Assembly: GCA_964304625.1 (NCBI GenBank)
Contig: OZ199840.1
Location: 1,070,733 to 1,134,732 of the forward strand
DNA from: Kudoa neothunni
Taxonomy: Eukaryota; Animalia; Cnidaria
Direction: 5' to 3'
Length of the DNA stretch: 64,000 bases
The notes beneath the pieces are model-generated. The model made no database searches, was not told the origin of the DNA, and worked only from the letters and a program-made list of their open reading frames with translations. A program made the position numbers and the translations under genes. Shown here in pieces: positions 54,439 through 64,000 of the stretch (position 1 is its first letter; each line of letters begins with the position of its first letter).

Positions 54439-57073
54439 ACTAATGGGAACTGCCCAGTGTTGCGTGGGAGTAATAAGCACTGAAAAATTTCTTAATAATA
54501 TTCGAAAAAGATATTAATATTTCAAATTAACCTATAGACCAATCAAACTAACAAAATTTTTAAGCTTTATATTTTAACGACTGTGAATATGAAATTTAAA
54601 TTATGATCAGTTCTACGAAGGAGTGTACCAACCCCGGCGTTCATTTAAAAGTTTCGAGGCCTGGGCACCAAAACCAAATAATTTAACGTCAGTGTCGTAT
54701 TTAATTTTCGTCCCCGAATTATTTAAATTCTCTTAAAGTGCTATTTAAAACGTTATTTTTTTACTATAGGTTTTTCAAAGTCGAATTCTGGCCCGGATCA
54801 GGAACTATATGCACCACTAACTTTTTAAGAGAAACAAATAGAAAAAGTAAAAGAGATCGGAGAAAACGCATGAAAATTAGTTGATAGTGCTAAAATTAGC
54901 ATCGCTTGGCCCGGCAAGAAGTTAACGCATTTTTCCCATAAACAGCCACAAATCGCGCCACCTTCAACATAAACAATTTAAATAATGGGGTTAAATAAAA
55001 TTATAACTATCCCCAATGAATTTAATCACGGAAAGTTAAACTTAGCGGACGATTTCAATGAAATCTACGGACGCAGTATTTTCATTATAATGTCCCAATC
55101 AATGTAATTTTAATGTTTCCCTGCCAATTAATTATTCATGAAATATATATAGATTTTTATCATATCTAAAACCATTAATAGAACCTTTAAAATGTGTTTA
55201 GCAAGTCAAATACGTTAAACTCCATAAATAAGGAGTGTATCTGCAGGAACGTTTTAAATTATCACACTATATTTATATAAAAATCAGATGTCATCATTAA
55301 TTTTAAATTTGATAAAGCATATAAGAGGAAAGTTAACTTCAACCAACTATCAGGGGTCATAAGCAGATGTTAATCCTATTATTGAACTCAAGTAATCCGA
55401 TAAACTAATATTGAATCGACAAAATCACCATTTTCTAAACACTTTTAGGAACATTTTGTAGTGTGAAAACGATTTAAAGATTATTCGGAACATTGGTGTT
55501 TTTACATTTAACTTCATAAATGTCTCTCTATAAGGAAAAAAATTTGACGCACATGCGTATTTGCTGACACTTCAGCTTTATACAGTCAGTCGAACCTGGA
55601 TACTACGTAATTTTTCGGGAATGGAAAAAATTACGCAATACGGAGATTTTACAGAATAATAAACGCATGCACATTGCGTAAAAAAACAAAAATTGATTGG
55701 GGGTTAAAGTAACTGGTAATTTCAATTTGTTTGCATCATTTTCAGATTATTTCAAATATGGACTCCATAATTATGTATTCTGAGCATAATGCTGTTGAGT
55801 TTTCTGATTAAATTAATTGATCGTTTGAGTTGCGCAGTTGACACAGGCGCATCATCTTTTACAAAAGTTGGATCGAAATTTTCTTTAAATTTATCATCTG
55901 TATACGCTTCAGATAAAGCTATTTATTCCACATGTATTTTTCTCTCTTCTTCAATATTGTTGGTTTCGTCATATTTTTATCTAAAAATTAAAGTTGGTAA
56001 ACAATTAAATAGTGTGACGAACTTTAAACATTGATTTCAGAAAAATCTTGACATAAGTTTTCATTATCTATTAATTAATATTTAATTTGGTATATTGTAA
56101 TATCAAAATTTACTGTTCAAAAAGTCTAGATTTTCTAAACTAAGTTAGAATTATAGTCGATAATACGTTTACCCATGTTTGATTCAAAGCTTTAGTAAAA
56201 CTAAAATGATATACTTAATTAAATTTAAATTATCCATATTTATTACATTGCACTCTTCGTATTGTAGTGAAATTTTTGGGAATATTACCGAAAAAGCCAT
56301 CACAATTTGATTAAATTTGATTATTCACATTGTTGGTTTCATGATGATTTTTGTGAAATTAATTCCAAATCTATTTTTAATTTCTACGAACCAACCGTTA
56401 CTACCACTACCGATACGTTTGTCAATACCTATGGATTTAGCGATACTTTTTGTCTTATCAACAATTAAGTAAGCAGGAACAACCTTTTTTTTCATTTCTC
56501 ATATTAGTTATCCATGTACAGAATAAATTAACTAACTTCGTGTACTTGTCTTCTTTTATTCTTTTTTGAAGCTGAAATAATATAATTAATTATATCCTTT
56601 TGAGAAGCTAAAATTCTATTAAAGAAAGAATGCCTTGCAAGAATATTGAATATTATATTGAATATTATATTGGAATTATATAATTTTATGTCATTAGATG
56701 GCTTGGAAATTTTAAAAGTCAATCCTTTTTCTCCTTTGAGTGATTTAATCGAATTATAATATTCGATTATTTCAATTTTTACAGTCAATGCTCGCTGATT
56801 CCTTACCATTTTTGTTTCTTAGAATCAAAAAAGAAGATTAATTGAGGACTAAATTGAACAAAATGTTACGCAGTAGCGAGATTTTAGTTTAACACGCTAA
56901 CTTAAATGTATACTTCGTTATAAAAACTTTTTATCTTCGCTTGCACAGTTAACATCAATTTAAATAAATATAAAAACAAATTTTGAGCCAAAAATTTAAA
57001 ATATCCTTTTATATTTCAATAAACTTATGCAATTACTTACGCAATATCCAAGCTCGACTGTATATATAGTAGA
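54439..57073 (-). mobile_element. Non-autonomous Helitron interrupted by a Tigger-like element
   Basis: 5' end A|TCTACTATATA[insert]TAAAGCTGAAGTGTC; 3' hairpin CCCACGCAACACTGGG then TTAG|T at 54439; homologous to 7830-8534. Confidence 0.72.
55583..57060 (-). mobile_element. pogo/Tigger transposon relic
   Basis: 24-bp TIRs CAGTCGAACCTGGATACTACGTAA / CAGTCGAGCTTGGATATTGCGTAA (rc), flanked by TA. HTH-psq-like start MVRNQRALTVKIEIIEY and CENP-B HTH motif SNGWFVEIKNRFGI. The DDE region is decayed. Confidence 0.85.
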
Positions 57074-57296
57074 TATATGATTAGAAATTGTAAATAAAAA
57101 AATATTGTGTTGGTGGCACTGAACATGAAGACAAAAAGGTTAATTTATGAGTTAAGGGTCGTACCATGTGTACGAATTAAACGGTAAAGGCATAAAAATA
57201 CCTAATGCGATAAAAGCAATCGAGATTGACAATTAATCCAACGTACATCTGATTATACTGTTCAAATTAGTCGATTTTTATATAAGTACATATAAC

Positions 57297-59217
57297 ATGC
57301 GACATAACGAGATTCCTAGCCAGTAGGGACATACACGAGAGCCTTAAACTAATAATCCGAATGACGTCAGCTATTGCCGATAATTCGGTTAGGAGGCGGC
57401 TAATTTAGAATTATTCATGTCGTCTACAATAATCGATTTCATAAGGTGTATATTGAGGAGAAAAATTATCGTCACTCCCCACTCGCTTACATATGGGGAT
57501 GTAAGGGAAGTGGCAAAAGTTACACGATTCAGAAATGTATTCGTGAAAATTTCGGAGTATAAATTTTTCCAAACATATCAATCAATCAAACACTGAATAG
57601 TCTATAGCATGGAGTTATGTGCGTAGTATTGAACTAGTTGATGGAAAAACCATGTACAACCAGATATTTTACGAGATAACCAAAAACTTCCTCGACACCG
57701 ACACAACTGAAGTTGCCAACTATAACAATTTCTATTCGACATTCGCCAGCGAAATTAAGAATTTTCAACAGTTGACCAATAACATTGAAACATTGTTGGG
57801 AATAAATGGGAATCTCGATGTGGCGTTAATTTTGGATGGTGTGGATCAATTGGATAGGCCGACTAAAAGACGACCTATTATATGGAATGATCTCGATTGC
57901 CTACACATTTCCAAGAATATGTGTTATATTTGTCGGCAACAGTCCAATCGAACGACACTACACAAACAATCTAATGTTCACCCCACTTCAAATTTACATT
58001 CCTCCGTACAATGAAAGTTTCATTATACAGATTGTAAATGAAATGGTAGCAAATCCAGATAATGCTATTAAATAATGGGCTGTTGTTATCGTGTGAATCT
58101 CAAGTTGTGAAGGATCTTTGTGCGTATGTGATCAATTTGGTGGTTCCGATCACCAGAAATATCGATGTTATGGTGAAAATTGTATGAGCTATTGGTTGTT
58201 GTGTGTTGTGTTGAGATATTTAAGATTACGAGGTTATTCTCGACGGAGAAATTTATTAATGAATTGAAAAACAAGCCCTCATCTACCACCACTCTTAGAA
58301 ACTACACTAAAGAATTCCTTAAAGAGATTGGTTATTTGTCGACTGGATATCAAGCTCACAGTTTCATTGCGCCAACCGATAAAGAACAATCTCAGTCATT
58401 AACCTACTATTTCAGTACTACTGAACGTTAATTTGGTAATTGCAGCTTTTCTTGCCACCTACTTGAAAAAGTACTAGGATACTGCGTTATTTGCCCAGAA
58501 AGAATCCACAAAATTGTCAAATCGTGCCAAAAAATCCAGAAAACAAACGCTCTCCCAATCCAAGCACACTGCCAACGGTATTAATTATTAAAGAAGTCGC
58601 GGGTCATTCTTGTTAGCACCAATTATTCTAAATTTAATTTAAGTTGGATACTTTGATTATTGTTGTTAAAAAGAAGGAGTTATTTAAATTGAATGTAATT
58701 TGCACGTGTTGCCTACTAACTAAAATGGTTTCTAGAATGGCCCCCAAAATTATTGGTCTTAATTCGACTAACACTAATAACTGTTGTAAATATTTAGTGT
58801 CAACTGGCGGATGGTTCAACGAAGATCGTTGGCAACAGATATACCACTGCATTGCGTCAACTCAACGAGTCTATTTCGATTGTATGGAGTTGATTAGTAT
58901 ATCCAAGTTGGTTGAGTGCAATTTAATTGAAAAATACCATTCCAATAAAATCAAATATAAATGTATTGCTTACTAAAGAATTGATCATGGAATTGTGCAA
59001 AATTGTCTCTTTTCCAATCCAGCATTACATCAACGTTAGTATGATCGGTGTTTTGGAGTAGATAAGTGGACAAGAGTTGTTTTTGATTGGAAATATTTTG
59101 TTTGAATCTTTTCACGCGCCTACGCACTCAACTAAGGATTTTGCTATTGATGTAATCCATCACCAACTCTGCACTTGCATTGGCAACCGTTCACAGGACA
59201 AATATCATAATTCCTAA
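57297..59217 (+). pseudogene. ORC5: Origin recognition complex subunit 5, disrupted as written (pseudogene, sequence error or recoded gene)
   Basis: Walker A YIWGCKGSGKS, LILDGVDQL, IYIPPYN, LVIAAFLATY, WFNEDRWQQIY, ISKLVECNLI..KYKC..ELCKIVSFPIQHYI. Introns 57557-57600, 58182-58224 and 58578-58797 are intact. The model needs 3-5 +1 shifts and contains TAG at 58475-58477. First and last exons are tentative. Confidence 0.8.
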
Positions 59218-62200
59218 ATATTTGATAAGTTTAAATTTTAAGAAATATGGCAATGGTATGCTGCGTGAAAGTTAAGGATTATTATGATTTCCACCTTTTT
59301 TTTAATGTTTAATGAGAGTGATAGAGACAGGAATATAATTTAGTTAATATAAAAATTCGTTTAATAATATATACTTCTAAATTTATGTTTATGAAATTGG
59401 GCAGTTACAAAGTTAGAGCTTAGTAAATGATAAAATTTGTCAGACTATCAAGAATAATGTTAATTTCAACAGCACATTTATATAATGTATTGTTGGTTCT
59501 TTAATAAAAACTGTGTATACTTATTTGTGAAGAAAATTCAATATGTCGTAATAAATTTGATTTATTAACTTCTAGAATGATTTTATTATTTTTTCTCTAT
59601 CTTAGCATGTTTCTCGAATTAAAAAATTTCATTAAAAATATTTTAATATTAGTTTATTAAATTTATTTAACTCACTTCTGGTTTTAGCGAAATATTTTTA
59701 AATGCAAAAATAATTTTTGCGCATTAATATATCTGAAGCATGCAACCTACATCCTTCTTGATAATATTTATGTTATAGAATAAATAAATAAATAATTTAA
59801 ACATCCATATATAATTAAATTATTTGGCTAACAGCCTTTGGGTCTTAATGTCGCGAAATTTATTTTTTCTATTTTATTTATGTCTAAATTAATTAATATA
59901 TATTTAAAAAGATATATTATTATATAATATAAAAATATTTTAGATTTATCACAAAATTACTTTGAAGTACAATTACATATACATATGAGGTGCTTCTAAT
60001 TCGTACTAAAAAAATTAGTATATAGATTAAAATCAAATTAATTCTATAACGATAAAATAAACCATTAGGTATGTTAAATTAAATTAAAAATTATTTCCAA
60101 TGTTTAGAACTCGCGGATGTGAATATTATAATACTAAGGTTTTTGAATTTAATTGATCATAAACATTTCCTAAATAAATGCTATCGAATTGATACTTTCC
60201 AAATAAAAAAAACAAATTATACAATAAATTATTATAGCCAATACTACTGATATCAATTTAAGATTTCATTCGTCCAACAAAAAAAAGGTTTTAATATTGT
60301 TATTATTGCATTGCATTGCTTTTATTTTTATTAATCCTAAATTTTAAACTTAAATTTTATCATTAACTTCCAGTAATATATTAGTGTTTGTAATTATCCG
60401 TGATTTTAAATTTAAGGGGGTTAATTTTGTAATTCCGCTGAGAACAAACCAACGTTCAACAAAAATTTCATCTCAATCAGCCATTACATTATGCATACGA
60501 TCTTTTTTCCTTTATAATTAAATCAACAATATTATTAATTGTTATACGTTAAATGTGATCAGGGATTTAAATATCTGTAACAATTATTTAGATAATATTT
60601 AGGCAAAAAGATCCTCAAATAAACTAATTATGTGTGCGCATGCGCCATATAAATTTTGATAAACGGTTGGGGATAACAGCGAATTCTGAATGTTACAACG
60701 CTCATACTTGATTGAAGTAAGTTGAAAATATACAGCAAATATGAGGTTATATAATGGGAAGGTGATGGCGCAAATGATTCAAAAAGTAACTAGATTTTTC
60801 AATAATTGAATAGAAATGTTAAAAATTTAATATTTATAAAAAATTATAAATAAACATTAATTTTTTAAATCCCGTGAGGACAAGAAATAAATTTTTCTAA
60901 ACTCACACGCTCCTGTTTCAAAACTATAATTATCAAAATTTTCCCTTTTATTTAAATTATTAAAATATAACTATTCCTTTGCAGTTTAATAAAATAGTTA
61001 AGATAACAATTTCTTTACTCCATACAAAAAGTTTATGAATCAGTTTAAACTATATTTTTATTTATTAACAAAAACAAATCCCAGGGATTTAAGAAAAATA
61101 ATTAATAATAAAAAAATTTCAACAATGATTTTTGCAAATATTAAATTGTTTCTATTGGTCCACATAAAGTTTACCTTTATTGAGTGTAAATGTGTGAAAC
61201 CTTAATTATTAATCTCCAAAGCTCACATTTCAAATCAAAGAAAAGCTTCAACTTATTTTAAATAATTCACTAAATTATTAATTATTCACAAATTTGTTCA
61301 TGTGGTCAAAACCGCTCTCAAGGGATTGACTACGTACGAGCCGAGCCAATGGACAATTTCATTTAATCTTGTTAATCCCTTAAAACAATATTTTTATTGG
61401 AAGTGGCTATTGACACATTAAATAATTAAATATAGAAGATTCCAGAAAATTGAATTTATTAACAGTTTGTAAGTATGGGTTGCTGAGATTAAATTTCCAC
61501 GCGGCGCGTGCGTACATGCAGTTTAGGATTAAATTTTACCCTGCCAATAGCCCCTGGCCTTTTTATTTAAAATATTATTCTCAATTTTAGCAAAGAATAT
61601 GTTCTTATTGATAAATTGATTTAGAAATATATATATAAACAACTCAAATTTATTCATATTTGAATAGGTGGGAGAGCAGATGAATAGAAATTTTATATCG
61701 TTTGTTGAATCAGTGTAAAGAAAAATATAATTTTTAATTGTAATTATTTTTAAATCATACCTATATAAACGAGCGACAAAAATATTACGGAAGAGTAACG
61801 CGCACATCATGACAATTTTCAAGTCTATTCACATAGAATGCCATCGCCAAACAAATTAAATAATCATATAGGTGGCTATTTGAATTTTGGTGAATTTAAG
61901 ATATTATGTATAATTTAATGAGATTTTGTATTATCGTTAAAATAAAGGTTAAACAATTGAGCGCGAAAATAGAAAAAATTAAAATAAATTTCAGGCGCCA
62001 ATTCAATAACCCCCCTAATCGACTAACATCTACTTGAACCATTCGAAAATATGCCCAGCATGACTAACGTGATGACATTTGGTGCACCAACAAAAAGCAC
62101 TTTTTAATAACGCTAATTCATTGCAAATTATAACAAATATCAATACAATAATCATAATACTTTGTTTTGATGATTTCATTTGGGAGGACCATTGAGTAAT

Positions 62201-64000
62201 GGCTAACTGGCAAATGGAACATCTGGGTAACGGTTTATTGCATTTTGTACAATTTAGAGGTTGATTCGGGATAGTTTGATTGACGGTAATAAGATTGAAA
62301 TTTTGATCATCTTCGGGGTAACCTTCCCAGCAATAACGCATTAAAAACAATAATTAGGGGAATAGATAGCATGCATATGTGCTATAAGTATGTGTACTTG
62401 GCGCTGAGAGAGGATATTGACAGAAATTACACACGATATCTACATTATATTTTTGACCGATGCATTTGAAAAGCTGGGATTCGCTAATGGAATCCATATC
62501 GAAAATTTTGTATTTTCTGATGAAAAGATCAATTTGACAACGCTCTTTCCAGAGTTTCCATTTGTTACACAGATCTCTGTAACTGTAATACAAAGATTAA
62601 AGCCAACAAACACATATCGATATCTACCACATAATATAAGCGTTGAGAAGAGGACTTTTGAAGTTGATCGCACGCGATAAAGTCAAAATTAGAAGAGCAG
62701 TACTTTGAATATCCTTACTCTAGTAAAGGTGACACAATGAATCAATTTATCAAAGAAACTTCTGCTATTTTACACTATAAAAATATTCCTTTATATAATG
62801 TTGAAATGTAAATATTCCCCATGGGAGTATTTGATAGAGGGGTGATGGGGAGTTGCTTTTGAATTCTTTTAACAATATATCCAACTAACAATTATACCCA
62901 AATTGATTTTCTATTTTATCAAATGTATTAGAGTACCGATGTGTCCTCAAGATATAACAGAGCTATCGGTATCTTATCAAACAGACTAATTTTGGATTTG
63001 TTCAATGTTTCAACCAAGTCCTTATTGGGTGTTATAAACGATATGATAAAGTTTAGATAGGGTTCATCTTGATAATCTTTGACGAGTTGATCGACGCATC
63101 TGAACCAATTGGAGGAGAGAGATTTGCTATCATATTGACTCAACGCCAAAGATAGGATCATACATTTAGGATCGTCTAAAATTCAAAATAATTAGCCGTT
63201 AACCTTAATCTAGGTCTGGGTTTGAGTCTAGTTTAGTGGTCAAATAATATTGTCAGTTGTGCATTAAATAAAATCTTCAAAGTAAGTTATTTTTTTGTTT
63301 CCTCTTTATATCATATATAATATTAATTAATAACAATAAGTTCTTATGAGAATAACATTATTGTTGAACTTACAAAATTAGAGTAAAATAATAAAATCAT
63401 GACGAGTAATAAACTAGACAACCCCAAATTTAACCTTTGTGGCGTAGTAGATAATCGACAGCTCGTTGAATTTTATTGGACACAACTGAGAGTGCTATAT
63501 TTCTGAATGGCATCTCATTGATGGTTAGCATTCTATAATAATATTTTAATTAATCATCCTAAGAGAAATTCAACCAATCCACTACTCGTTTTCGATAGTG
63601 AGCGAATTGGAGATGGTGGATTCGACCGAAATATGCCAACCAAGAAGACCCAACAAAATAGTTCTCATATCATTGGAGAAAATAGGTCTAATAAGTTGAG
63701 CTTCATTTAAAGTGGACACTTTTATTGATTTCTCAAACAGTTGAGATTTGATAAAGGTTTTGATACATTTTTGGGTGTAACCACAACACATATCCGACCA
63801 ATAGTAATGATGCGGATTGTCGTGGAATACAGACGCTCTCTTCAATTCTGAACTATTAACAAATTGACGCGAGGCAGACACATCAGGCGATGTAGAACCA
63901 GAAGATGATTGTGATTTAATACGGTCTACACCTACAGATCTCTGTTCCAATAGACTTTTATCTGTGTGATTTTGAAGCGGCACGATCGAAATCAACCCCT
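59144..64000 (-). CDS. MIOS: GATOR2 complex protein MIOS (Mio/Sea4), 3' part; the gene runs off the window
   Basis: YRDLCNKWKLWKERCQID, IVCNFC, CTKCNKPLPRCSIC, FCWCTKCHHVSHAGHIFEWFK|NYDICPVNGCQCKC (C-terminal RING). The last exon 59213-59144 follows a 2820-nt intron at 59214-62033. Confidence 0.92.

Noticed and set aside
54900-55060. Weak resemblance to Helitron helicase motifs (FNHGKLNLA)
   Set aside because: It is on the opposite strand to the element's termini and is too degenerate to support.
57839-57857. A 19-nt GT-AG micro-intron that would repair the first ORC5 break
   Set aside because: It removes the Walker-B-like DGVDQL residues and is far shorter than any well-supported intron here.
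58475-58477. Reassignment of TAG to an amino acid
   Set aside because: PISD (47177-47175) and MIOS (59146-59144) end in TAG at the expected positions, and no other traced gene has an internal TAR codon.

Overview
Very AT-rich eukaryotic nuclear DNA. It is probably from a fast-evolving, compact-genome animal; this is an inference from the intron directly after the calmodulin ATG, the gene set and the strongly diverged proteins. By manual splicing I find ten intron-containing host genes: calmodulin (-), PCMT/PIMT (+), CTF18 (-), mitochondrial ribosomal protein S2 (-), RED/IK (+), a kynurenine/glutamine aminotransferase (-), a single-RRM PTB-like gene (+), phosphatidylserine decarboxylase (-), ORC5 (+, disrupted) and the 3' part of MIOS (-). 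Most introns are 40-70 nt, but five genes also carry 1-6.5 kb introns, several of which contain transposons. Mobile DNA includes one nearly intact piggyBac plus three decayed relatives, several hAT MITEs with 8-bp TSDs, pogo/Tigger and Tc1/IS630 elements, a MULE relic, non-autonomous Helitrons and a Gypsy relic. The main oddities are: (1) a set of reading-frame breaks in ORC5, PISD and PCMT that are all +1 (assembly insertion error is most likely, but pseudogenisation or recoding is not excluded); (2) convergent genes whose stop codons nearly touch, and a possible antisense overlap of coding exons between ORC5 and MIOS; (3) a reduced RED protein; (4) a divergent calmodulin. No CRISPR array, rRNA or intact tRNA was seen. 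All homology statements come from recalled family motifs, not database searches.
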